A stretch of 64,000 nucleotides of DNA from Eledone cirrhosa (Eukaryota): the NCBI GenBank assembly GCA_964016885.1, contig OZ024742.1, positions 113,646,001 through 113,710,000 of the forward strand. Direction: 5' to 3'. Under the pieces are notes generated by a model, which saw nothing but the letters and a program-made list of their open reading frames with translations, had not been told where the DNA came from and made no database searches. How positions within the stretch are numbered: position 1 is the first letter of the stretch; each line of letters begins with the position of its first letter. Of the stretch, positions 1 to 13,002 are shown one piece after another. Position numbers and translations under genes: made by a program.

Positions 1-125
1 AAAGATGCACGTGTGTGTATTCATGTTCTTTCTTGATCATGGTGGATCTTGTTGTCTCTTGAGGTCACTTGTGACTCGCTGATAACTCGTATGAACATAA
101 AGCAAGATAAATGCAACTGTAATAT

Positions 126-308
126 TAATTGTTTCTACTTTTGGCACAAAGCCAGCATTTACTGAATACATTACTGGTACTTTATTTTATCGACCCCGTA
201 AGGATCAAAGCAAAGTTAACATCGGCGGGATTTGAACTCTGAATGGCAAGAGCCGTAACTCTATGTGTCAAATCATGGCGTCCGACCCCTACCGATACTG
301 CCAATCCA
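126..308 (-). mobile_element. tRNA-derived SINE, family A
   Basis: Minus strand reads TGGATTGGCAGTATCGGTAG (A-box-like) ... GAGTTCAAATCCC (B box) ... CCTTTACGGGGTCGATAAAATAAAGTACCAGT; nine similar copies in the window. Confidence 0.9.
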
Positions 309-410
309 AACTAATAATAATAATAATAAATGTGAAGAATAAAATCCAAAGAGGGCTCGATAAGGATAATATATATATCAAATATATAAGAACCCTAGAG
401 CAGGTGTTTA

Positions 411-1381
411 TTAAAATAATAGATTAAAGTGTAAGCAAAGAATCGCTGCTTTCACCCTTAACGGGAACTTCTGAAACGAAAAAAAATCGGTCTGTGAACG
501 CAAAAGTAAACATTTAGAAAAACGTTGCAACCGAAGAAAAACTGGAAGACGATACTTTGCTTCGTGAAGACGTTCCCTGGCAATGAACGGAAACAAGCGA
601 GGAAAATACGTCGTTATGTGGATCAATGAGAACAAATACACATACAGAAAAAACCACGTTAGTCTTCTAGACTAATATTCTATTTAGGAAACCCAATGAT
701 TCTCGGCTGCGGAGTTAAGACAAATGTAAGTAAATTAGTAGAACAAAAATGACAGAGGTTATTGTACGTTTGGTGAACATGTATTTTTACCTATTGCTAT
801 GTGTGTGCGTGCTTTATATACGTTTATATAATTATATGTATATACACACACACACACATACATTTTATATGAGTATTTGGTGTACACGTTCGAATATGTG
901 CGCGTGTTTATGGCTGCGTACATGTTTTTTGCATGCATGGCATAAGTGTTTGCGTATGCACGTGTATGTATGTATTATGATGTGTATATACATATATTAC
1001 ATTATTATTACTTTAATAACCTGTCATTTTCGTTCTACTAATTTATTTACATCTTTCTTAAATCCGAAGCCGAGAATCATTCGGTTTCCTAAATCATATA
1101 TTAGTCTTTTATTTCATTCATACTATAAACGTGATTTTGTCTTTGCGTGTATGTTTTCTTACCGCTCCATATAACGACGTAATATACTCGCTGTTTTTGT
1201 TCCGTTCATTGCCAGGGAACGTCTTCACGAACCAAAGTATCGTCTTCCTTTTTTCCATCGGTTGCAACGTTTTTCAGCACATTTACTTCTTTGATGACAG
1301 ATAGATTCTTTTAGTTTCTGAAGATCCCGTTAAGGGCGAAAGCAGCGATTCTTTGCTTAAACTTTAATCTGTTATTTAAAT
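411..1381. mobile_element. PLE pseudo-LTR fragment (direct about 765-1381) with inverted upstream copy (411-765)
   Basis: 411-625 is the reverse complement of about 1170-1381; 722-763 mirrors about 1010-1055; the same sequence forms the 3' UTR of the GIY-YIG fragment at 38710-40235. Confidence 0.75.
1313..1363 (+). ncRNA. type I hammerhead ribozyme-like motif (variant)
   Basis: AGTTT-CTGAAGA-tCCCgttaaGGGc-GAAA-GCAGcgattctTTGC-TT-AAACT: stem I AGTTT/AAACT, stem III AGCAG/TTGCT, CUU triplet; base pair 10.1-11.1 is mismatched. Confidence 0.6.
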
Positions 1382-1436
1382 AAATATATATACATATATT
1401 TACACTCATGCATACATTTATATATATATGTATATG

Positions 1437-1509
<73 letters not shown>

Positions 1510-1563
1510 GTGGGAAAGTAAGACATCGGAGAATAGACCGTTAAAACATGTTTATTTAGAACA

Positions 1564-1606
1564 GCACCTACGTATGTTTCGCCCAGTTGGGCTTCTCAAG
1601 GGTATA
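1564..1606 (-). ncRNA. minimal type I hammerhead ribozyme, U3-A8 core variant
   Basis: Minus strand TATACCC-TTGAGAA-GCCCaactGGGC-GAAA-CATACG-TA-GGTGC, in sense orientation in the PLE 3' UTR. Confidence 0.7.
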
Positions 1607-1833
1607 AATAATCAAAAGTGTTCCTTACATTGCTCGGAAAGAGTTTTGGGGGTTAAATCCACGTCAAGGTTCATTGCTCGCAAAAATAGCTTGTTTTAAT
1701 TTTGCAGCAGGTCAAGGGAGGTAACTCTGACCGGTGTTAGGGCAGTCTTTCCCGGACAAATGTTGTTTTATCTGCTACGAGATGAGGTTACAACCTTACC
1801 ATAGTCGATACGCATGTAATCAACGCTTATCTT

Positions 1834-1864
<31 letters not shown>

Positions 1865-1973
1865 GTCGTTTGAGGCTGTGTCTGGTATGCAATGATTCTT
1901 TCCTGGGTGTTATTTTGCAGCGCCTGCCCGCCGGGGTGTTAAGACTCGTTGTAGGGAGATCCGGTGCACGGTT

Positions 1974-4580
1974 TCACTCCTCAACCTTAACCCATCTGAA
2001 GAAGGATATTTTTAAGCGATGTGTGAAACTTATCGCTGTTACAGCTCTGCTGTTGATAAGCTCGTTGGGTGCAGTTATGATGTGGTAAAGCTCCATGAGG
2101 AAAAAATCGCATTTCCTCTTGAAGTTGTACGGTGCAGCCCTGCCGACAATCTCCCAGTGCGTGGAGAAGCTGATGTTTAAGTCCTTTAGTGATGTGATGT
2201 AGTCCGCGAGCGAAGTGGATTGCCTTAGTTTTCTATTTTTGGAAGAGTGGAGATGTGTTCGAAACCTAATTTTGAACGGGCCGGAAGTAGCCCCTATATA
2301 ATGTTTAACGCTATTGTGGCTAGTAATAGTGCATCTATATATAACTCTATCAGTCAAACAGTATTCTTTAAGGGGGCAGCGTCCTCTCTCGCGGCAGTTG
2401 CAATTTCTGTCGCGGTTCCGTCTATTTCCCACGGTAAGGTTATCATTGTTGCTGCCTACGTTGTTACCTACGCTACCGCAGTTGTCGTTAGCACCATTAC
2501 AACCCACAGCACGCGGGGTGGTGCGATTGTTATTCCGCACGTCATGTCCTGCATGTTCCCCAGTCATTTCGCGGTTATGCTGGTTGCGTCTGCGGATGCC
2601 GTTGCCCACTATTGGATGCTGCGAGGGAGTTGTTAAGGCAGATATAGTTATTGTTAGGTGTAGGTGCGTCTTTGTCGAGGTGCTGTGTCTTGGTGATCTT
2701 ACTGTGGTTCGTTGTTCCTATGATGTCTGCTAGGTTAGGAGTAGTAGAGAAGGATATTTGTTATATTGTTCCTATTAAGAATGTTTCTATACCTATGGTT
2801 GGGCGGGAAGTTCTTCTCGAAGGCTTCGAAGCACATCCGGGGTATGCGGGTGGCCACACTCCGAGAGTTTGGGTGGTGGAACCATAGGACGTACGGTGGT
2901 GATTACGTGTCCTTATACGTTTGCTACGGGTGGTTCCATCTAGGTGCTCGTTCTTATGTGTGTTAATGCGCAGTCGCCCGTTCGGTACCCCTTTCAATTT
3001 ATGCTCGGGTGCACTCTTCCTACCTCTTCCATGTTTATGTACAGGAAGATGTTGGTTGGAAGGCGTTGGTAGTAGGCCGTCGCCTTTGTTGGTTTTTGTA
3101 ATAGGGGAATAGTTCGAGTAATCTACAGTGGTCACCGTCACCGGGGTCGTGATAATTAATGCGGTTAGCTATTCTATTATATCCTACTTCAACGAGGTCG
3201 CCGCGTGATCGGTTATAGGTATGGCTTACTATAACGTTCGTTTTATGAGGGGGGGGGGGTCTAGAACCAGCGTTAGGGATGTAGGAAATTCCTCGGTTAA
3301 AGCCGGCGCTTATCAAGGCCTTATTGTAGTAATCTGCCGCTTGGTTGAAGATATTCATTGGCGGATAGCCTCGAGATTCTATGTGAGATACCATAGACTA
3401 TGGAGTTGAGAGTCTGCATAGGGTGGTTGGAGGCATAATTAATATAAGAGAGGCACTCTCCAGGCTTATGGTATGGCTTGTATAAGCCCGTATTCAAATC
3501 CAGGGTCACGTCTAGGAAGTTGACAAATCTGTGGTTGAGGTCCATAGTTACGGATAGGCCGTATGACTTGAAGAACCTGTGTATAGGTTTCTTAAGGTTC
3601 TCTATCCTACGGGGGCTATTGTTCCAAACGGAAAACAGGGCGTTGTCCCTATATACACCTCCTTGTAGGGCCGGTATCTCTTCCCTAAGTTTATGTAGGA
3701 TGTATATCCCGACCGGGTCAGTTGCTTGCGCTGAGTCACTGGACCCCATCATGACATCTAAGTTATCAGGACGGTTGGTTCTGGTCCAGTGGGAGCCTTC
3801 GAACTGGATAATGGTTCGACGCGCCGCTAGAATTATGTCTATTACTTTTTTTAGTGAGGCCAGTGTTAGATTTAGCTAAGATAAGTGCCTTATTTAAGAG
3901 TATGGGGGAGATAGAGGCGTAGTAACTATCTATGTCAAACTGGATGAACTTCAGGGTGCCTTTATCCGGCAACTCGGTGAACCAATTTATGACCTGGTCG
4001 GTGTTGCCCCAGAGGCCGACCTTAACCTTTCTATTAAGCTCCAGTAGTACTCTGTCGAGGATGACATAACTAATCTTACCTATATCTGATGTAGAGGGGC
4101 CTATTAGTCTAATAGAGGGGCTTTCATTAAAGTCATATTTGTGATCCTTAAGAGAGAATTTAGGCGTCAGAGGGACGTACGGGTTAGTGTACTTTTCTCT
4201 TTCTAAGCTGGTGACTATATCCTTCCCTACTCTATTTATGTAATTTAGGGTACTAGAGGGTGTCTTTTTGTAGTCTTTGTGTAGTTCCTTATAGATGATT
4301 TTTTTAATACTTACTCGCGTCCATCTTGTACAGCTTTTTGGTTTTGTCGGAGGTGACGAAGAGGTGCGGGTTATTCTTGATCTTATTTATTAGTGTATCA
4401 AGGGACGTTCAGAATGGATTGCTGCATTCGTGTTTCTCTCTGAATTTAACGTGTTTGATCATTTTCAGCAGGGCCTCTTCAAAGGAGTCCAGTAAGGTGT
4501 TGTGCGGTGGGTTTCGGTATGTTTTGAAGCCATACCTCTCTTTGGGTTCAGGAAGGTTACGGGGGTTCTTATCCACGTTG
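1974..4580 (-). pseudogene. disrupted PLE RT-endonuclease ORF
   Basis: Multiple frameshifts split it into ORFs 4409-4594, 3766-3972, 3321-3752, 3035-3394 and 1974-2609; the catalytic YRDD reads YRDN. Confidence 0.9.
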
Positions 4581-4659
4581 TATATATTGTACATCCAAAT
4601 TTTATTACATATATATAGTTACATATTTTATTAGTATTATAGTTTTATAATATATATAG

Positions 4660-5180
4660 AGTTATATATTGTATTTTATATATTTTTATATATTTTTAAA
4701 TATTTTTAAATATACCTACCATACTTCTATATACATGTTTCAAATATAGAGAAAATATCCAAACTAAAAATTATTATAGACATTATTTTGAATTGTATAC
4801 ATGCACTCATTGTTCGTTATTCTTATATGTATGTTTATACATATTTAAATGTAGCACGTTGTTAAGAGTATAACTGTTATCATTTACCTAAAGTATACTA
4901 CATCAATAATACCTAATATATATCTAGTTATATATTGTAATTTATATATTTTTAAATATTTTTAAGTATACCTACCATACTTCTATATACTTGATTCAAA
5001 TTTAGAGAAAATATCCAAACTAAAAATTATTATAGACATTATTTTGAATTTTATACATGCACTCATTGTTCGTTTTCCTTATATGTATATATATATATAT
5101 TTAAATGTAACACGTTGTTAAGAGTATAAATGTTATCATTTACCTAAAGTATACTATATTAGTAACACCTAATATATATC
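4660..5180. repeat. tandem duplication of about 260 bp (AT-rich)
   Basis: 4660-4925 and 4926-5180 share long runs such as TATACCTACCATACTT and GAGAAAATATCCAAACTAAAAATTATTATAGACATTATTTTGAATT. Confidence 0.9.
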
Positions 5181-5904
5181 TATATATATACATCGCTATA
5201 TCTAATAATATGTTGATATCTTGGTTGAAGAATAATTATAAATATCTATAAATTTTGTTCGTAACATATTTTATTTTATTTTTACCTCATACATGCTGAC
5301 TCATTAATATATACATATATACATAATAGTTATTGAAATATTTACAACAATAAGTACTTTAAAAGATTTACATACCTAATATGTTGAGATATTTGTTAAA
5401 GTTTAGATTTAGGTAATTAATCAACAGTATAATATTTCATTCTTTACGTGCCAGCTAAATCCTTTAAAATGTTATTCTCAAAAGTTTAGAAATGATAACA
5501 CACTTATAGAATTTATATAAATAATATATAAATAAATAGCAAATAATCCTGAAATCTGGAGTCTTCACATTAATATTATAAATTAAATATTTCCAAATTC
5601 TAACCGATTAACTTTCGAAAAGAAAACCCCACACATTATCTTTCCCTCCTTATACATCTTTTTCCAGTGGCTATCACTGGCTGTTATGATTTTAGGAGAC
5701 GTTTCCCTAGATGTAGTATCATACAATTTAAAATTTTAGAACACTTTAAGTATGCAACGTTTTTTTCTTCTTACTCACACATTCTCTAATGAATTCATTA
5801 CGTTTTCGCACTCCAACACAAATATTATATAAACAAAATGTTCTATCGTATAATCACTACCTTGATTAAATCTTAACCATGTAACATCTCAGGGTATGTC
5901 ATGT

Positions 5905-5974
5905 ATCATTATATTGTATCTGATGAGGACGTACTCTTGTACTTCCGAAATATGTATGATAAAATGTAATTGAT
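5905..5974 (+). ncRNA. type I hammerhead ribozyme (probably inactivated cleavage triplet)
   Basis: ATCATTATATTGTAT-CTGATGA-GGAcGTACtcttGTACtTCC-GAAA-TATGTA-TG-ATAAAATGTAATTGAT; long stem I; triplet is AUG rather than NUH. Confidence 0.7.
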
Positions 5975-6026
5975 CAAAAGAACATCTATTTTATTAATAC
6001 GTATATTTGAATATATATATATATAT

Positions 6027-6106
<80 letters not shown>

Positions 6107-7650
6107 ATATATATATATATATTATATATATTGTATATATATATTATATATATATAACGAAATTATAGAGACAACGTAGACTGTGTTTAGGGAAGTAAAG
6201 CAAGATAAATAGATGAATTTATTAAACCTTGGTGCTCTCGGCACCAATATATTTGAGAGAGGAAATCGTTTGAGTGATCTAGGAACTATTATTTCATTTA
6301 TATTTCATCACTTAGTTCTTTGATTTTAACATCCTCTAGCTTTATATTGGTACCAAGAAGAATTTAACGAGGAAAACAGCGTACGATGTACACAATTAAT
6401 GTTTTAGTAATGGGAACTATATCTGAATGCACTGTAACACCAATGAAGTAAATATGATATACATACTTAAATGTGAATGAATGTAGGAAAATAAAGTAAT
6501 TAATATAAATGAACGGAACAAGACGCTTCGAATATAATTAAATGTACCCCAGTTACAATATTATGTAATACCGGGAAAAAGGTAAATTGGTGTAGTTGAT
6601 ACAAATCAGTTCTTGATATAGAGATGTGTACGCAAGATCTAGCACGAGATAGTATTATACGTTTATGCCTATCAAAACTAGCAGCATATATAAAATAATC
6701 TAGTCATAAAATAACATTCATATACATAATAGGATATACTACATTACGAGAATTATATTTCGAAGTAGCCCGAAGAACATCCATTAATGTCCTGCAAATC
6801 TACTAACACTGCAACGGCACTTTGGAAATTGAAGACGATTACATATACATTATATACTGCAGTAATATCCGAATTGGTAAATATGCCTCAGAAACCATAT
6901 ATACACATATTTTTAGTGAGGCTGAGTATTAATTAAATCATGTTAAAATGTATGTACTTCTAATCAGATTCTATAGTGATACGTTGCCTTAACTATGCAT
7001 TTTATCCAATAGGATACATTCCATCCAAAGAGTTCAGTTACAAGGATGTATATTAAACAATATTAAGGATTGCCTCGCACTCGTATAGCTACGGAGACCT
7101 TACAATTCAGACGCACGGACTTAACATAATTCCAAAATATGTAGAATAGATTCTGTGACGTTAAAGTTAAAGACTATTTATCACTTCAAAACTTGGGTAG
7201 AAAAGGGTTAAATATTAAGTTTTAATTAAATATATATAATTCTTAGATCTTAATTAAAATGATCAGTGTTCAATAATTTAAACAAAAATACATGCGAGAT
7301 ATATACATAGGTTATATTATCACGTTTAGAAAAATGTCCGTACTTCCTCTGACTTCTACATTCACCCTACTGAGATCGCACGGAAATACATCACCTAGTT
7401 ATTAGGCTTAAGTCTAATCGGTTCGTTGTAACTTATTCTATTTTTTCCTCGGTTACTCACTTGCATGTGCCACTGTCCTGTGTCTCCCCTCCATTCAGTT
7501 TGTTTACTTCGTTTTTTCATCTTTCCTTTTTCCTTCTTCATCCCCTCTCTTCACTATTTTTTTCTTTTCTTACCCTCATGGCCTTTTCTTTCCCTGATGG
7601 CAGTCCAAATGATATTAGTATTAGTGTCACGCTTGAGAGTGGGGGATGGG

Positions 7651-7685
7651 GACGAGGTGTCGGGCATAAGTCCTTCATCAGGAGA
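7651..7685 (-). ncRNA. degenerate minimal hammerhead motif
   Basis: Minus strand CTGATGAAGGACTTATGCCCGACACCTCGTC; GAAA has decayed to GACA. Confidence 0.4.
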
Positions 7686-8171
7686 AAAGTGGGTAGGAAC
7701 GAGTTCTCTTCTAAATGTATAATGCTCTTAGGATGTTTTCTTTTAAAATATGTTTTCTATGAATTCAAAATCAGCAAATGCATGCTTACATTATTTATTA
7801 AACATATTCAATATATAAGATATCTCCAAATCAATAATACGTAATATCAATCCAGGAAGATATATAATTATAAATCAATGACATTCTCACAGAACACGGA
7901 AATCTTGTATTAGTTTACTTTATGAATTTATGAAAACTAACGTGTTCTTTAAGGAAGTCATTAGTATTGTAAAGTGTCAATTACTGCAAATCTATAATTT
8001 TGTTGTTTCAATTCATTCAAGAAATAAACGTAATTATAATTTAACTCGAACCGTACTTGTATAAATATGAACATATTTCAATACTCTCAGACACCCATTC
8101 ATAGACACGCACATAAAATGACGCATACGCCAACAATAACACCAATACACACACACACAATCACACACACA

Positions 8172-8687
<516 letters not shown>

Positions 8688-8825
8688 TTAATATAGATGA
8701 TATTCTACAGGACTCGAACTGTTTCATTCTTTATAAATCTTCAGGAATCTGGCTTTCCAAAAATAAATGTTGTGGTAGTTATATCTTTTAAGGTGGTAGA
8801 AGGAGAGGGTGGCGAGTGGGATCGG

Positions 8826-9136
8826 TGGAGGTCATTGGTTGAAAGAAAAGGGAATTCATTAACAGCTAATTCTTTAAGGCTATACTTTATATTTAGAGTG
8901 ACAAAGGCAGAACGAATTCTATAAACAAGTTCAGAATGGGGTGCCACTCCTTATATTTAAGTTTATCTTAAGCTAATAATGCCTATATGTCAGGTGTCTA
9001 TAATATCGTTGGGGGTCAGTCATGGTTGATGGATTTAAAGAAAAGGGAAATTCCTTAAAAGCTAATACTTTAAAGTTCTACTTAGAGTGACAAAGGCCAA
9101 GAGAATTCTATAAACCAGTTCAAAATATTGGGTGCC
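8826..9136. repeat. diverged tandem duplication (period about 190 bp)
   Basis: AAAGAAAAGGGAA...AGCTAAT.CTTTAA...TTAGAGTGACAAAGGC...GAATTCTATAAAC.AGTTCA...GGGTGCC occurs twice. Confidence 0.75.
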
Positions 9137-9213
9137 TATCATATCATTATCATCAAATTTCTCTTAAGTTATATTCCAGGTGTCGAAAGACACATTCACA
9201 GCTCCCCCCTCCC

Positions 9214-9342
<129 letters not shown>

Positions 9343-10527
9343 CTTTTTCTGACCGATAAAACTAACAAACCTACAGTCCTTTACATCTTTGAAGTCTGAC
9401 ACCAGCCATCCCTCCCTCACCTGCGCAACCACACACTCCGAGCAACTACCCACAATTCCTTTCTCATTTCCATTTAGGTTTGCCTTTCTACTATTATGCA
9501 TCCATCTAGTCCATTTACCTTGTTTTCATGTCTTTCGACATCACCTGGATTATACACATCGTGGATCTTATACACAGGCACCCACGCCCACACCTACACA
9601 TGCAACTACATATATCACACCAACCCCTGTACACACCTACAAATGCCACTAGGCATCACACACCTACCCCTGCACAAACATAAACATCACACACCCATCC
9701 CTACACAAACCTAAACATCACACACCCACATATTCACATACATACACAAACAAATACACAGCACACACAAACAGCGGCGCACACATTATACATGTAAATA
9801 CACATTACACACCAACACCAGCACACATACATGCACACTCCCACACTTATACACCTATACATACAACCAAGCAATACACGCCAACAACCACACATCCCTG
9901 CCATAGACACATACCAACATATACTCCCTCAACCATATATACGTACACACACCTCCCCCAACAACACACTTAACACCCACACGCACGCAAACGAACCGTA
10001 ATATGCACCAACCCACACAGAATCAAACACTGAACGGTGGCTACTCCACACCTGGATCCCGAACTACTCTCACTCTCTCCGCCTTTATATTTTTATTTTT
10101 TGAAATTTCCTTTTAACATTTTATTTATTTTTATCGTTATTTATTTTTATCGTTATTTTTTTACATTTTTCATTTTTTAACATTTTTTTTCTGGCTGTTG
10201 TTGCAAATGCCCGATACGTTGACTATGTAACTCATTTTCTTTCCACAAGCGTTAAACTAATACACTTCAGGTTATTGATCCTCTTTATTGCTCGCTTCGT
10301 GTTTCCTTATTAAATTATATATTTAGTCTTCAAATTTATTATTATCATCTTCGTCATCATCACCATCGTTTAACTTCCATCTTCCACACTAGCATGAGTT
10401 AGACGGTTTTGTTTCATATGATGCGGGAATGGTCGGGCGACGGTGTCCCGGTCATACGGAAGTGTTTTTTACAGGTTTTGTTACAGCTGGATGCCCTTCC
10501 TAAAACCTAATATAAATAAATAAATGA

Positions 10528-10568
<41 letters not shown>

Positions 10569-10770
10569 TCGTTTGGAAGCCTCGACAATGCAAATGGGTA
10601 AAACTCCGGGTAACAATGTCCGGTGGTGGAGAGAGAGATGTAAGTGGGTGTACGTTCAGATGCGTGGTGTCTATAAGATGTCTGAGTTGTGTAGAATGGA
10701 TGGAAGAGTAAAAGGATAAAAATAAAAATAACAACACAAGAGAGAGTTACCTTGGGAGAGATTTAATAGT

Positions 10771-10819
10771 CCCTATATATTTCGGATTCACATCCATCAA
10801 CTGAGGTTTTTTTCAGGGG
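10771..10819 (-). ncRNA. atypical hammerhead-like motif with core insertion (mirror copy at 12379-12427 +)
   Basis: CCC-CTGAAAAAAACCTCAGTTGAT-GGATgtgaATCC-GAAA-TATA-TA-GGG. Confidence 0.45.
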
Positions 10820-11473
10820 TGGGGGAAAAGGTGGTCTGTTGGACAAGTCCGGAAGGCGTCTTTCGCTGTTTGCTGATTTGAATATCTGAGGTATTCGGCA
10901 GAGCGCGCGTGCGCGTGAAATGGGGTCGGTCGTACAAAGGTCAGCGGCCGAATGAGGGAGTGGGATGGCGCTAGCTGTCAGTCCATTCTCTGCCTGTTTG
11001 TTAGATGTTACTGTGTGTGTGTGTGCGTGTGTTGTTGTCTCGCTTGAGTGTGTGTGTGTGTGTGTGTGCGTGTGTTGTTGCCTTGTTCATCTGTATTGGC
11101 AGTGTAGTATGTTCGTATGGTGGAATGCTACAATGTGTGTGTGCGTGTTTGTGCGTGTGTGTGTGTGGTTGTATCGTTTGTGTGTGTGTGTGTGCGTGCG
11201 TGTGTTGTGTGTTGTTGCATCGCTTGTTAACTTAAACCAGCCATTTCATTTCGCTTCTCTCTGATCGGTTGTTTATTTGCGGTTGCAGGCGTTTGATAAA
11301 AAATGCTTGCTTGATACGTAACGTGCCGACGTTTCTTTCAGTCGCTAGAATTGTGACAATGGGCCTTCCGTCTTTGTTTCCGCATTTGTTTATGTGTTTC
11401 CGGAAAGACGAGGCCCTGGTTTTAGTGTGTTCCTTGATCCGGATGTGCAAAGGTCAAATTGTGCTACCTATGT

Positions 11474-11982
11474 TACAGAGAAACACCCAAGGCAAGTGCT
11501 TCCTTAAAATGCCACACCTGGGCGAGAAAACCACCAACGCTATCCGCAAGGCTATACGGAGGGAGGGCCTCGACATCCACCTGGCCCACTCGGGCCCCTC
11601 CCTGCGAAGATGCCTCTCCAGGAAACCCGAAAAATCTATTGACGCATGCTCCCTCAGAGAATGCCCGACACGCCATGCTAACTGTTGCCTACGCACATAC
11701 GTCGTGTATGAGATAGAATGTGACAGGTGCAACCAATACTACATAGGTAGCACAATTCGACCTTTGCACATCCGACTCAAGGAACACACTAAAACCAGGG
11801 CCTCGTCTTTCCGGAAACACATAGACACATGCGGAAACAAAGACGGAAGGCCCATTGTCACAATTCTAGCGACTGAAAGAAACGTCGGCACGTTACATAT
11901 CAAGGAAGCACTTTTTATCAAACGCCTGCAACCGCAAATAAACAACCGATTAGAGAGAAGCGAAATGAAATGGCTGGTTTAA
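11474..11982 (+). pseudogene. PLE C-terminal GIY-YIG endonuclease fragment
   Basis: CSLRECPTRHANCCLRTYVVYEIECDRCNQYYIGSTIRPLHIRLKEH...LHIKEALFIKRLQPQINNRLE. Confidence 0.9.
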
Positions 11983-12007
11983 GTTAACAAGCGATGCAAC
12001 AACACAC

Positions 12008-12041
<34 letters not shown>

Positions 12042-12679
12042 AGACAACCACACACACACGCGCACACACACATTCCAGCATACGAATATACTACACTGAC
12101 AATACAGATGAACAAAGCAACAACACACACACACACACACACACACACACTCAATCGAGACAACAACACACGCACACACACACACGGTAACATCTAACAA
12201 ACAGGCAGAGAATGGACTGACACCTAGCGCCATCCCACTCCCTCATTCGGCCGCTGACCTTTGTACGACCGACCCCATTTCACGTGTACGCGTGCTCTAC
12301 CGAATACCTCAGATATTCAAATCAGCAAACAGCGAAAGACGCCTTCCGGACTTGTCCGAAAGACAATCTTTTCCCCCACCCCGGAAAAAAACCCCAGTTA
12401 ATGGATGTGAATCCGAAATATATAGGGACTATTCTCTCCCAAGGTAACTCTCTCTTGTGTTGTTATTTTTATTTTTATCCTTTTACTCTTCTCTCCATTC
12501 TACACATCTCACATATCTTATACACACCACGCATCTCAACGTACACCCACTTACATCTCTCTCTCCGCCACCGGACCTTGTTACCCGGAGATTTACCCAT
12601 TTGCATTGTCGAGGCTTCCAAACGACTTATAGATATTTACTTATTGTTCCACAATGCTTCAAGCAAACTTCAATACTCT

Positions 12680-12718
<39 letters not shown>

Positions 12719-12822
12719 CATGGAGTTTTATATCTGGCGACATGAGGTGTGTTTATAGATAAACATTTTGCAAGCCTTCCGCTGTGAATTAGAAAACTGA
12801 CATAGTAACGTTTTCTGACTTG

Positions 12823-13002
<180 letters not shown>

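Larger units (their letters stand above)
1508..4580 (-). mobile_element. 5'-truncated, frameshifted Penelope-like retroelement (RT + GIY-YIG) with 3' UTR/pLTR
   Basis: ORF pieces FIQFDIDSYYASI, GVYRDNAL, VNFLDVTLDL, CNCRERGRCPL...VIYRC...HYIGAT are collinear with the intact 31684-33837 ORF; the 3' end abuts (TA)n. Confidence 0.93.
10563..12631. mobile_element. 5'-truncated PLE (second clade) with about 900-bp inverted pLTR
   Basis: Arms 10563-11473 and 11741-12631 are reverse complements; the plus strand encodes a Cys-rich linker and GIY-YIG domain. Confidence 0.92.

Noticed and set aside
11269-11473. N-terminal part of the 237-aa ORF
   Set aside because: It is the antisense arm of the inversion fused in frame by chance
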